This document shows positions 29,201 to 44,200 of a stretch of 64,000 nucleotides of DNA, piece by piece; within the stretch, counting starts at the first letter, position 1, and each line of letters opens with the position of its first letter. The notes beneath the pieces are model-generated. The model did not search any database, was not told the origin of the DNA, and saw only the letters and a list, made by a program, of their open reading frames with translations. The position numbers and the translations under genes are program-made. This stretch comes from Tubiluchus corallicola. Its lineage: Eukaryota; Animalia; Priapulida. Where the stretch lies: NCBI GenBank assembly GCA_030141605.1, contig JAQGDQ010000188.1, positions 248,001 to 312,000 of the forward strand. The letters are read 5' to 3'.

Positions 29201-32200
29201 AGAAAAAACTTATGAAAGTGACAACTGTGATGATGATGGTGAGAACAATGACAGCTGTTGAGATCTTGAGCCTTCACAGTTATGTCAGGTAAATGGATCT
29301 CCGAATAATTCTACTGTGATTTAATGTATTTTAATTAGGTAATGTTTTTATTCAGGATACTAGGATTTTGTATTTATGTCGAAAAATAGTATTTTACAGA
29401 CTAATGTTCTTTATGCTGCAAACCGAAGATAAATAAAGTATACTGTAACTGTAAAATGTGCCTCTCAAGTGCACATCCTACCAAAAGTTAAAAAATGTTC
29501 ATATTCTACTACTGCTGTAATGCTACTAGGTAAACCAGGATTTCACTTGGTGCTTAGCCTTTATTTTGATTGTAATTCATTCAACTGATACTTCGTGTTT
29601 TACTCAAAAGCAAAGGCTAAAATGTTTTCAGTTGCTGATTTAAAGTGTCTTAATCATCATGGCAGTACATGTTTCCATAATATATAGTAGTATTTACAGC
29701 ACCAGTAATGCCAGCTATTTATTAAAATAATGCCAAGAATTAAAAAATTGACAACAACTAAAAAATTCAAAAACATGCAGAAATTATTGCCTGCCATGCC
29801 AACACAGTTGACCTGTATAATGAACATTAAATTCTTCAAAGATTATATTTATGCATGATATTTACTGTTGAATGACAATGCATCAATACTAAATGAAATG
29901 GTATATAGTACTGCATATGATGAAGACAGAAGGCCCTTAGCAGAGCGCAGAAAAAAACCAAGAGTGGGCCATGAGCAGCAGCTGTTTTTTGACCTTATTT
30001 CGCAGGAGATGAGAAAATAAGACAAGTACAGGATGAAAGTAGTATCCCAGGGAGCCTCAGCTATTGAAAGTGGAGATTAGGAGGAGTATGAAAGTGAATA
30101 ATATAGACTGCATCTCACTGGGATTTCTGTGACATCCTTAGATGAACTGCTAATTTATGTTAGAAGTTCACCGATTCATAAACCACATAAAACTGTGGAA
30201 GATTCAATGAAGTGACTGAATAAATAGACTGCAGCGTAACAACAATTGCATAATATGTGTGTGTTTGTGTCTTCAATATGACTGTTCTCGTAGGCCATCC
30301 TAATACTGATTATATGTACAAATTTTGCTGCTGCGTTTTCGCTTATTGCACAGTTACACCACCTACAGTAACGGTTGTGGGAAAGAGTACAGGGCTTCAT
30401 TTCAGCTTTTTATAGACGCTGAGATTTATACTACAATCCCCGAAACGTCCGTTCACTTTTACGCTTCGTTTAAACATGTTCCAGTAACCAGCATGACATC
30501 CAACAATATATATGTGAGCTGGGTTAACTAACTGTTAGTAGCTCACTTCATTCGGTAAGAAATATGTGAGCTAGCTTAGTTAGCTGCCAGTGGCTGGCTT
30601 CATCACGAACACAGCTGCATGAAGAAGCCTAAAAGCAACGCGACGGAAGAGTGCGCTTAAAAAAACATGCAGCCACCACGGGATTCACGGTTTACCAACC
30701 AGTACGGGGTGGTCTAAAAATATTGTAGATCATGTCTGAGCCTTTCCAGTACGGGGTGGTCTAAAAATATTGTAGATCATGTCTGAGCCTTTCATACCAT
30801 TTTAACCGAATAACGTTTTACTATTATTGCAATAGTTATTGTTATTATAGAAACATTTCATTGTGTGAAGCAGCGAAAATTGCACATATTATCGAATAAA
30901 CGCACGAAAGGCCACATTACAAACAAAAAATAATAAAAAGCAATTTAAAAATGTTGATATGAATCTGGTTATTTTAAAGCAACTTCAAAAAAAGTTCAAA
31001 AAAATCAAATTAAACTTTTGATCCACATTCAGCAATACTTTATCACACTACCTGTTTAGGTCCTACATTGAAATATTAAAAAATAATTTACATTTTTTAC
31101 ATATGTAAGTATTACTTACATATATAAGTATTATAAGTATATATAATTACAAAACATGTATCACCCAGAGTAGATACAGAAGGATTACATAAAGCAGTTA
31201 ATGTTGTATTTTTACTCAAACTTTTTATCTATTATTGACTGTAAAGCCTTAGAGCACTTTATGGTTTTGAGGCTATAAATAAATAATAATAATAATTAGT
31301 ATTAATATCTGTAAAATACACAGGGGTTCTGACGTTCTTTTTAAGAGGGACAAACATACGTGTACGGGAGGAAGTTGTAAAAAGAGGTGTTGAAAGAATT
31401 TGACCCGAAAATTTTCTAAGTTGCTCCGCGCCGAATTTGAGTGATTTCCAAATAAGCAAAGCAATTATTTAGAATAACAAAAATGTCTGAAAAACAAATT
31501 ATTTATACTTATACTTAATACTTATTTATATTTACATTTATTTATATATTTATTTATTTATATTTGTATATGTATATACTGTAGAGAAATTATATTACGA
31601 GTTTTATAAAAAAATCATGATTCCAACAAGATACAACTTGGTTTCTTTTTTATGTGCAAACATACAAATGCTTTCAGATATACATTTCAATTGTTTTAGA
31701 AATTAAAAATAACATAATGGTGGTGGTCTATTTTTTTTTGCAAATATGTCTGAAACCTTGCCGGTATATTAATGAACAGTGTAAAAGATTTAAAAGAGTC
31801 TATGCGGTTTTAATTAAACCTAGTGAACCAATTTTGGTAGCAGGTACCAAAGTCGTCATATTATCATTAAAATAAAAAGCTAAGAAAAAAAGAATTGGCA
31901 TACTAGGAATGCTTTAATAGTAGTTAGTAAAAAGGTGGTACCGCAACACCTTTTGAAGTTTGATATTTTAAAACAGAATTATTTTCCATAGAAATAATTC
32001 AGATTTTGCCCTGAAAGCGTACAATTTATTTGTCCAGGGAGGACTGCCCCATCCCAAATCCACCACCATGTGCACCCATGGTGCAGATGTCCGCCTGCAA
32101 CAATTTTCGAATATTTTTAAAATGAACTACACCTACACGAATATGCTTTATAGGCTCTCATAGTACAATCCGCAAAAATATTCTCGTTTAATAAGGCTAA

Positions 32201-35200
32201 TTAATTATGCTTACATTTTTAGGGTAATTGCACTATCATAATATTAACAAAACTACTCAGTTCCCTGGGGCTTCATTTAAACTCTGGTTCATTTAACAGG
32301 GAAGTACGTGACGCTATCATGATATATGCTCTAATCATACACATTTGATAAAACAGAATAGTTGACGTGTCGCTTAGTGTAGACGCACAACTCAAGTTCG
32401 ATTTATAAACTGAATATTTACAATTTTTGACGTAAAAATGTTAATTTTATACCAGAAACGTTTTAAGCATAAAAGCGTTTATAATGCGAATTTATAAATT
32501 CTTCTACAGTATATGTAATGTCATTTACATATGGCTAGCGCCTAGCCGTAATAATTCCAGGTATTTGACCATATAATCACAGCTGTATGGACATTATTTT
32601 TAGAGTAGAAGCATTTTAATGCCCTCACTACCTATGATTAACTTTACGATGAAAAAGTCGCACATACAACTTACATTTGTCCATTGTAATCAGGCAGGTT
32701 AGTCCTGTCACCCAAATACTGGCCTCATCAGGAGAACTAGCAATCAGGTCAAGGGTGTCGTAACTCTCTCCGTAGATAATAGAAAAACCACACTCTGGCG
32801 TGGTATCCTTGTTAGTGGTTTCCATGTGTCGAAACACATCTGTATTCATACCTGGCCGCACCTCCTTTACGATCTCCACTGGAACTATCAAAAACACACA
32901 ACATTAATGTGCAGGGGTCATGATGCAAAGTACATTTACAGCATTATCATTACAACGAATTTAATAACAAATATAAATAACAAGTTAACAACATTCAACA
33001 CAATTTAATAACAAATATAAATAACAAGTTATCAACATTCAACACAAACTAAATGCGTGTATAAATTGTACAAACATTATGCGGTGACAGAATATGTAAT
33101 AGGTCAAGCGACAGTATACATCGTTACCGAGTCTATGCTAAATGCACAAGTAGTTCACTCGCTTCCACGTAAAATACTCTGTTGTCGTACCCAAGGACTA
33201 TTGCACACTTCATTGCTATTGAAAGAAAAACTGATTTTTCTTCTTTATGCAGTTCAGCATTGTGGAAGCAGGACTCAACGACAATGCTTACTCAGTGTGG
33301 ATGAATGTTGTCAGACAAGAACCTCATTATCAAGGTAAGGGTATTCCTTTAAGACAAGTTCAAATGTGTATTATTTCCACCTCAATGGATTCACGTGAAA
33401 GCAACCTAACACGTATAATTGTGTTAAAGTTATAAATTTGTCAACACTCTTGACTTTTCTTATGTGCAAGCTAGAACTTTTTTGTATTTCCTGTCTGTTG
33501 TTAGGTTTGGCTTCAAAAATTTGGTTAGAATTCATTCCACCATTAATTAACTATATCGAAACTAGAATTATAAATAATTAATTACGTTAGAAAAATTCCA
33601 AACATAAATACAAAAAAAACAAGTACAAATAAACAAAACCAAACGACGCACTGTACGGTATTTTAATCATGAAGCAGTTCATTAAGTAGCAAACAAAACC
33701 AACAGACACACAAAACGTATTGTTAATCATGACGAAGTTCATTAACTAGCTTTGTCAATACAGTGACGCCTTTGGATTCTGTGCTGTTACACGATTTTAC
33801 CTTTAACAGTCACAATAATAGCGGTTTGTATTAACAAGTAATCCACCGGTGGATTCTTAGCGCGCGGTGCATTTTATTTGCCCATAAAACAACATGATCA
33901 GATTTAGAATTTTAGCACATGAAAGCCCACGTTCACCGAAACAAGCGACGAATAGAAACGTGTGAAAATTGGAATGACGAACACATAAAATGTTTCAATG
34001 AAAGCAGAAAATTACACAGAAGCAAACAAAGAAGGACTTTTAATGTTTATCCACATTCGAGAATATACTTTGGCAGGCAGTTTTCTAGTCCTGAGCACTG
34101 CAGAGACTTTCACTTCGCTACTTACTTCGGAAGTAAACAAAGACACGTTTCCCAGCATAAACATTTCAAAAGTAAATGCCCAGGACCCATAAATGCCACC
34201 TCGTCGTGTCCCGCGCGCCAAACTCACCACTTCTCACGTAACAATTTCAATGACAATTTAACATGAACTGCAATTTCGATATACGTGGTTTTCTTACGTA
34301 TAAGCTCGACTGAGCGGTACAAGGTTATGAAAATTTCCAATTCACAGTGGACCAATATGAAGAAAAAAACTCCTGCCAAAAAATTCTGTAGATCCATATA
34401 CTTAAAGTAAGCTACAATAGATAATTATATTTCAATATAGACTTTCACATTAAATTGCGAAACGTGAAGAATTTTTCAAAGTCACCACTTTTCTTACCAC
34501 AATTAAAATACGTAGATTAGTTTTATATTCAAGACACTCTGACCCTTAATATTCGAAATATGAGTTAAATGTCTTTACGTGTTGGTAATGTTTTTAGAAT
34601 GGCCCTAGGAACACCTTAATGTTTTTACACCACAACTGATCAATTTCCAGCTAAGATTTTGCTCTCTCGCCAAAGGCAAAGTAGATTCTAATTTATCTTC
34701 GAGTTAGACTCTCTTAAGCATCTCTGTATAACACATGACATGTCTGTTGAGGTTTTGTGAAGGGCGAACATTCTGATATACAAGCCTGCCATAAAACACT
34801 AATGATTCTCTGACAGAGCTGGGATAAAGAAATAAAATAATGACTTTAACAATCTTCAAATGCTGTCCACACACATAATAAACTAAATATTTTATAACAC
34901 AAACTGATCGCTGAGACTTTTGTGTGGGTTAATATTGCTGTAAGCAACAAAAAAGTGGCAATGATTTTAAAGCCAGCCGCAGTCACCAATTTAGGCCATT
35001 GCTACACTTTTACATACGGAAAGTTCTTACAGGGGAGAGTATGAAATGAACTGCATTGACGTATCATAATACTACATGAAATAACATTGACTGTTGGAAT
35101 TCTATTTATTCGATAAATTCAACATAGAAACTGCTAAACATCTATTCACGGTTACGTGATGACGTCACTGAACACAACTTAATTACAACCTTGAATGCTC

Positions 35201-38200
35201 TAAGCCTACGATTTCATTGACTCGGGCGCACAAGTCCTAAAACAAGCAATATCGGTGGAAAGTTTGCCCACGGATCAATGAAATCAGTTGCTAAAACACG
35301 AAATAAGACACGCAGAGTAACAAGAAACTTACTTTTAGCTTTATTGGGCTTCTTTGATGTTGGATGCCAGCGAATAGATGACATGTCTTCATCAAGGATA
35401 AAGAATCGATTGTACTGCCTTGAACTGGATCTAACTTTTACCAGTTCGCTGCCAGCCTGCATACAATGTAGACAATCAGATGCTGCAAGAATAAGAAGAT
35501 AATCTTATGTTATTTCAATAGAATGCAAAAGGACTCAAAGAAATGTTCTAACTGTGGTAGCCAGAATTAAATAAACGTTACGATTTAGGGCCATTTACTC
35601 ACACGCAGGCCTGAATTCTCACCCCTATACCATACGTTATAAAGAGCATAGTCGGCATGCAAACTAGAGTCCCTATGTTTACAGCGTAATCGGTACTCTA
35701 ACACAACTCTACACAACCAAACAGCAGCGCCACTTAAGTCAATCGTAATAGTCTATCGTACGCTTGCACGAAGCTTAAATGTTCTTTAATATAAGCTGCA
35801 AATTTTTTTATTCTTTAAATACATGCTCTATAGACCATTAGTTGATTATATAAACTATAACCCAAGACCTCAACTAGGTCCTACATTGATATGCAAAATT
35901 TTATATTACTAGGTATGACTACTGTGTTGCAGAGTATGCGGAACTACGTTGTAACAGTAACAAAATGTTCAAGCGTAAGCGCATGTGGTAGTAAAAACTA
36001 CCATAATGGAAAGAATTGTGGAATAAAAGAACAATTGAAAGAAACTACCAGTCTGGAATGAATTTGAAGACAAGTCAAAACAAACCAGTCGGGACAAATA
36101 AGTTTGCTCTACCGCTGATTGTGACAGGCGAACCTACCACTTTACATTATGCATGCATTATAAAAAACACATCGGGCGGCTGGGATTGGCCCCGATAATT
36201 TTCTTTTTGGCGACTAGTCCAAATTCCTCGCGTTTTCCACATGTATTCACCCAATATTTTTTATTTCCAGGCAGCCTTGGCTGCGTTTGCTGCAGGCTGC
36301 GGTGCACCGACGCGGATGTGCAAAGGTCGCTGTGAAAAAACGTGTAGCAAATTGCACAAAAGCATGACATTACAGAAAAGTACAATGTAAACTGTATGTA
36401 AAGCCTACCACTAAGTGCATTATTTATTACAAAATTACTGGTAACTTATTTATTATACGTCAAAAGAACAGATGCTGAGACGATGACTAACAAATTGCAG
36501 CTCTTATTAGGAGAATAAACAGAAGCAGCTGCTCCGCCTGCATTATAGTTATAGAAATACGCTACAAACTTTGAAGGTGAAGGTTTCAAAACAGTAACAG
36601 TCCGGATTCACCTTACCGCATTAACACTCAGGGTGTTAATTGTTCACAAGTTTGCCGACAATGTTTTCTGTTCAGCGCGTATCAAATATTAATTAATGAA
36701 AGCTGCCATACAAATTTACAGGAATTCATTGGCGAATTAACAGTATGACTGCGTTTTTTATTCTAGAAACGATCACAGTATCTTTAGTAAGTCACATACG
36801 TGACGGAAGCCATTTTTGTTAAAAATACTGATAAAAATTCATGCCAAATCGAACCACCCATGTACTCGTATGTTCATTATGAGGATGAAGAACGGACTTC
36901 TTGACGAATGTCTATAACCCTTATTCATGGACATATGCAAAAAGAAATTTATAAAGATTAAAAAATCTATTTTAATTGTTATATTTACGTATCATGTTCT
37001 GGATAATGATTTTAACCACACTCAGTCCGTGCCAACAGACATGTAGGTCTACAGATTAACTGACACTATATAGTTTGTTTACAGGCACTTTAAGTCAAGT
37101 TCACAAGCATACAAAATTATAAATTATGCAGAACTCTACTTGCAATGTGGCACCTGTTAAATATGCTGTTTTAAGCTTATGGATGTTATTTAGAATTAGA
37201 CATACTAGAAACTTATGGGTGTTATTTAGAAACTTTGTTAACAGATGTTTTAACTCAAAATTTAATTTCAAATTACAAAAAATTGTACATTCGTACACAC
37301 CAGAAGCTTACATTTATGCACAATGATCATGATAGCATGAATTACAAAACGTAAATCTAATAAAGCATTTGAAGAATAAAATTTTGTTTAAAACTTAATC
37401 ATTTCAAATTAAAATAATAATTAACATACGAAAAAGATTTGTTGCAACGTTGAAAACTGCTACCAATACAGGTAATAAAAGTGTAACACGCACATATACA
37501 AGTATTATTACATACGGCCTTACAGTTATACTGTTTTACCTAGGTGCATACTGATTTTAGCAATAAAACGACAAAATGTAGAGTTCTTTAACAAAAGGAC
37601 ACTGCTTACATTCAACATATTCAAAGCAGTGATATAGCCAGCCAATGGATTAACAAGATCAGAGTAATTAATAAAAAGGGGGATACGCAATACAACTCCA
37701 CGAAATATGTCTTCTCTCTGTCCTTCTGCTGCACTTCTCAACAATAATTTTGCTGCATTGCTATTTTCCAACTCTATGAAATCCACAAATTTGGAGAAGA
37801 CGAAACACCCTAGATGTTGCGTGCAACATCAAAGTTAATGCAACATCCATAATTAGCATTAGGTTTAGGGTTGTCACACCAAAGTCGGTCCTCGCATCTA
37901 TAAAATCGGATAAAATATAGTATTTTGTTGACTTTCTTCCTGGAATAAATAAAGATTTCAGTGCAGTCTCCAGGTTCCAAATTTTTAATGTCACTGACTA
38001 AGACGGAAAACACTGCTAATGGATCAGCTTCTAGTATGAGAAATGTGGCGGCCACAGGAGTTTCGCTACCATGTCTTTTCCTCGATGGAAATATATCTAG
38101 CGTTTTGTGATGATGCATGAACACACTTGATATTTCAGTATCATTTAGCATGCCGGATACAGCCGGTCCTTGAGCAAAAGATTTAGCGTCTATTGTAGGA

Positions 38201-41200
38201 AAACGTATTTGAAGAAAAAATATCGTGCAAAACTTTTTTCTATTTGCAATAGAAGATTTCAAGTTTTTTTCGTTTACATTGAGAACCAGCCCACTTAGTA
38301 GCTGCTTTAAAGAGCAACTCTTCCTTAAGCTTCAAGCCATCGCGTTTAACTATCATCAACAAACTGTCATAGTCTAATGACAGAAAACTTTCTGACTTTA
38401 CCACAGCCTCTGCAGAGATGTCAATAATTTGCAAACATTTCTCCTTTAATGGCTTCATGTTGCCAGAATAGTACAACATTAAGGCTTGCAAAATGACACC
38501 AACGTTTTGTGGAGTAACGTTAACCTCCAAAAACTTTATAACCACAATAACAAGTGCACGAAATTGTACTTCTTGGCAGAGTACAAAACAACAAGAGCGG
38601 TTTCACCTGTGAGTTGTGCTCTGTCTGTGTAAATAAACTTAATTAGTAGCTGGAATGGTTCTGGTTCTATATCAGGCACCATTATGCTCCCTGCAGTATC
38701 TTCACTAGATGGACCAGTCAACATCGCTTTAAATACGTCGCTCCGCAGTCCTAAAACCAGTCGTGAAGCTCTGATAGGAACAAGAGCTGCTACGAAAGTC
38801 ACGTCATAGAAATTGTCGTTGTTGTACACATGAGTAAATTTTTCACTACGTCAATAATTCATAGCGTCCAAAGTTGCGACATTTGTTTGCTGAGAGCAGG
38901 CACACACAACGTCAATTTTTGAACTTGAACTTCAAGATCTTGAACTTGAACACCATCCACCAAAGTAGCCTTGGTTAGCAATTATGAAAGTGAATTAAAA
39001 AATTCTCAGGGGATTTCTTATCTTTTACTTCAGTCCCACAACATAGCAATGAACAACAGTGCCCGCTACACTGATGGGTGAAATTGAAGGCTTGTCTGTC
39101 TTGAAAAGTGAAACTACGTCATCGCAATACTGCCATTTTTTTTCTGCAGGGTCGGGCAATACTAAGTACAAGTAAGGAGAAAGGACTTTCACATACACAA
39201 AGAACAAAACCAGTCTCTCTTACTCTTGCTGAAACAGCTAGTTAACACTAAATACCTCAAACACACCTAAATGTTTTTCTAAACCACAGGTAATAAAAAT
39301 AATGCACGCTTAGGCTTAAACAAATCATCCCTACCGCTTACCACAATAATAAACTATGTCTCCTGACTGCATTATATTTTTCAAGTTGACGAGTCGATGG
39401 GGCAGTACTACCCAACTTTCAACGTATTTAAACAGCACAGCGTTTAGTCAAAGACTGGACCCAAATACTTATCACGATGTTGTTCTTGTTGTAGTATGGG
39501 GATGAGCTTTTGAAAAAACTAAAGGCTAAGGCTCCGTGAATTTGCAATGGATCATTATAAAACTTTACAGGAATATACTAAAGTGAGTTCCGCATCAACT
39601 GAGAGTCGAATTTTCGAAAACCATTTTCAATTCAACTTGGCAGCAATAACATCACTTTCAAAAAACCTACTGCTCCAACAATTCTAAATAGACCGTCATG
39701 AAACTTAAAGGACAAGAAAATGGCCAACCAAAGTAAGCCTCAGAAAATTCGCAATCATATCACCTAAGTATAACCTTAAGGGAATTAAGTGCTCACGTTT
39801 TCGCATTTACTCCAATTTTTGTAAAATATTTCAACCGCTGCAGTAAACGTTGGCGCAGACATGTTTCATTTAGTCCGCCAATTGAAAAGCCAACATGTGA
39901 CTGATCACGTGGCACGACATCACTCCAACACAGTCGCAGTGAGTTCTGAGCACGTGTACTATAAAGATTTGTATTGTAGTGCTATGACGCCATCTAATAT
40001 GGCGCCGCCGTGACAGTTTCGCGGGAGTATTTAAAATGAAAACAAACAGGAAATTCTTTTATGGGTGAGTATGATAAACGCTTAAGATTGCCTCTAACCG
40101 TTATAATTCTTTAGCGAAAATTTTAACTAGCCCTTTTCTTGTTCTTTAATTAATAGCAACATAATAGAATGAATTCTGTATTGACTTGCAAAGTTCGATT
40201 TTCGATTTGTCGTCATAAATTCAGAATAGCACTGATGTCGTTTTCTAAATAATAACCTAAACGTAAACTTAAACCTGCGAATGAATATACTAAAGCAAAT
40301 TTCGCATCTGTTGACGGTGCCAGATTTTTGAATTTTGATCCACTACTTCGATTTTAGTGAGTCCTTCGGCCAATAGTTTGAGTAGAACCTATTGTTAAAA
40401 ACTGTTTGCGAACAGTGCCAAGCGATATTTAATAAATATTGGAATTAACTAGCAATTTTTATTTTTTAGATGAGCATTTAGATGATTATCAAGAGCAAGC
40501 CCCTGTAGTCAGACAATAAACCCGGCAACGGTACCTAGTTAGGTTCGAATGCATGTACAGACATCCTGTATTCCTGTAGCAACAAGATAAATGGAGTACG
40601 TCAGAGAAAATGACCCGGTAACAGTTTTTCAGGTTGCCATTCATCCATTTGCTAAATCTACACATTTGGCGCAGCTAAGTACACATTGTTCCACTCAGAT
40701 ATTTACTTCGTCCGAAGGTTAAGCGTTAGAGATTCATTTTATTACTTTAACAAAATTTTTATATACATGCACGTCTATGAAACTAATCGCCTTCTTGTCA
40801 GGAATCTTGAAAATGGTGCTACCCTAATTCCTTAACCTTTAACCTATATCAAGATATTAAGATCGTCATCATACCTGCAATAGAACATGCAATATAGCTA
40901 ATATATTACAACCATCTAAAATGAGGTGATGTCAGATGAGTCAGACAAGGATTCCTTGACCATAAACAACCATATTTAGGCGCCAAAATCATCATTATAT
41001 CTGCTCTAACAGCTAAGACATGGCCCTTATAAGCTAGCAACAGCTATCAGCCATCTTGATAATGGCTGCCATTTTGGACGGTTTTCGTTTGAACCCACAT
41101 TCAAAATTAATCACCCTGCTAAGTTCTAGCACTGTGCAGTTTCATGGTTTTAAGGCACAGGGAGATGCTGGTAACATCACTGTGCTACGTTATCTGTTCT

Positions 41201-44200
41201 ATCTAAATGCACCAGCAACAGTAGGTCCAAATAAATACCAGTTTGGTGACTTCTGTACAGGAGAAAGTGAGTACAACAAGGCAAATATTGATCAGAATAG
41301 TCCGCTAAACATTTTGATATATGTCTCAAATTTTTGCAAGACGGGCTGATTAAATGTCAAACTCATTTTGGCAATTCTATTCGCTTAATAAAAATAGGAA
41401 TGAAGTTGGAAGTTGCTGATGCTCGGGGATTGCCTTAATCCTTATTGTGACTCTGTACGACGAACAAAAAAGCTGGGAAAATGGAGACGGAAATGAAATT
41501 CAGAAATAAAATCTGAATTTAATAATAAGATACAACGAAAATGCTTGCGAAGAGCCTATTTATCAATTCTTGGTGTTTATAAAATGAATTAACAGAAAAC
41601 ACTTACTGTGTTAGTAAGTACTATTTTGATGTGATAACATTCATTTTTTCGCTAATAATGCAATTTTTTACTTAGTGCTTGGAGCACGAAAAAAATGCTT
41701 GAGAAGGTTAAGTACATACTAGTCCGTACAAAGACCAAATGCCGCCCCCCCCTAATTAGTAATTATCAGTGGATTACTTCTTTGACTTCAGACCAGAGGT
41801 AAAATACTGTAGATGTACTTACCATTTATAAAAATAAGGTATTTGTACTTGAGCATAAAGTACTTCAAAGTATCAAGTACTTTTCAAGTATTTTACAAGT
41901 ACAGTGAAATACTCATGCTTTATAACTACACAAGAAAGTAAGAAAACAGACTTGGTAACTTCTTCCCCATACTGTTAAAGCTGACATTATTCAGCCCTCC
42001 TCAGCAGCGGTACAGACAGAGCTTTGAGCATTACAGGAAATATATTTAGACTTGAGGCTGCAGGCTGACGGACATATATTTTTAAAAATTAATGTTCATT
42101 AAGTATAATTATAAATAATAGTATAATCTTGAATTAGTAATAAATGTAATGTTTTTATAAAAGACATCTATTTAACGAAAAAGTACTTGTATACCTTAAG
42201 TTTGCTGTCTACAACACAGAGAAGATATTTATTGATGATTTCTGGTACTCCCTGCAACTGCCAAAGTCATAATTAGGGGAGGAAAATACAGAGTACACAT
42301 GAAACGAAGGAACAAATTACATTTGTCAAACATGTGATACAAATTGAGAAGTATATATGTAAAAACTAATGTAAAAAGTGCATAAGCATGTGATCTCAGA
42401 CTTAGATGTGTATTGTATAACCAAAGTTTTAGTTATCATTGCACTAGAAGAAGCCCGCTCTGAAGCAGGCTTGAGGTCAAGTACTATAATTTGCACTTGA
42501 ATCAAGTACAAGTACTTTTGAACATTATCAAGTACAAAGTGCCGCAAATGGAGAAGAGCACACAGTTACTCTTTCTCTACACATCTTTCTCTGCTCAATA
42601 CTGATCCTTGCTATGTATAAAGTTAATAGGATGCATAACGTTGTTCATTTGCATAGCACTTACTATGCACCACGTAGTCACCGGCAGTCAACGCTATTCA
42701 TCATGCTCCACATTGCTTGCAAGAAATTATCCCTACATGCGATATGTATAGTGATCGATTTATCTCATTTGCCGGTCTCTATTCTACGACCTAGTCTTAT
42801 AAGCAAGCTGATTTTGCTTGTACACGATGGCATTTTTCGCCATTTCCATCGAGAACTGCATGGCTTCATTAGTGATTATAATGGGTACAGACTTTTAGGT
42901 ATGGCAAATTTGCAATGTTGCAGATGCTCGGTACTGCCACAGTCACAGACGAAACTAATCAAGCGTGCCATATAAGTATATAAAATAGCAATCAAAAGAG
43001 CATTCGCAAGAAGTTAAGATACATCTGATGAGTTGTCTGTCGCTTGTGTAGTATAGTTCATTACTATATTACATAATTAGGTAAACGCACCTCTGAAATA
43101 TCTAGCAGGAAAGCATAGTAGAGCGTAGAACCCGTACCATGACTGCACTCACACAAATTACCTTTCAAGTGCAACTGATTATACTAACAAACCACATTAC
43201 ATTATGAACATTCAGTTACAAGTATATTTTTCAGACCCAACGAAGCCAGATTAGTTTATTTGTCCTAAACAGAGCGTGAAGGCATGATTTTTTAAAAAAG
43301 TGCCAATGCAGCATGAACTTCAGCTCCTTACTACATTAAACTTTATTATTGTTCATTATAGTTGCTGTTAGGATATCACATTGTCGCAAAATACCGCAGC
43401 TCCACGGGTGCTTGCTAATATTAAATTTACTAACCCAGGTAGTTACATCGCATCCACAGCATTAAGCATGGAAATTGTCGTCGTCATCAGACTTTCATCT
43501 TCATCATCTAATTAGCGTAACTCCGAGTGCCAGCAGCCATGATTTTGACAAATGAATCACTCTCATTTTTTATACGTATCAGTCCTGTTCTATAAAAATT
43601 CTTCTTGGCAACTGACAACTACTTTGAATTATGCGCATCTGCCATTATGTGACCTCGTGTACGTATCTTGGAAGTACAATTAAGTAATTTAAATCAACAT
43701 CATCTTCAGGGAATCAGGGTAGCAACACATATGTATAATAATTTGCTGAGTTAATGTGACAAAAAGCGAAATTTTCATCATCGTTATCACCACTGTTAAT
43801 ATGTTACACAATCAAGTTGAGTTACATTTATTTGAACATACCTTAAAAACCTTAACCTCTAGCCAGCCTTATAAAATTTGTAATATAGAGCTTACAACGC
43901 TACTGTGAACGAATTTGGTAAGGAATCGATAATTTGTTGATAAAAAAGTTAAATCTAGATGATTCAAGGGGCATTTCCTTTCGGTCTTCGAGTAACCTGA
44001 AAATGCACTCAAATTCCAAAAACCAACTTTAAGAGGTAAAACCTTTGCCACCTGTAATGCCAGTCACTGTGAGATTACAGCACACTGCCAGGTGATTGTT
44101 CAAACTTAAAGAAATCTTCGCATTCACAACTATAGCTATTTGAACTTTTCAGGCACAGCTTTTGCACATCTGTCATTCTAGAACTAAGAATCGTTAGGCC

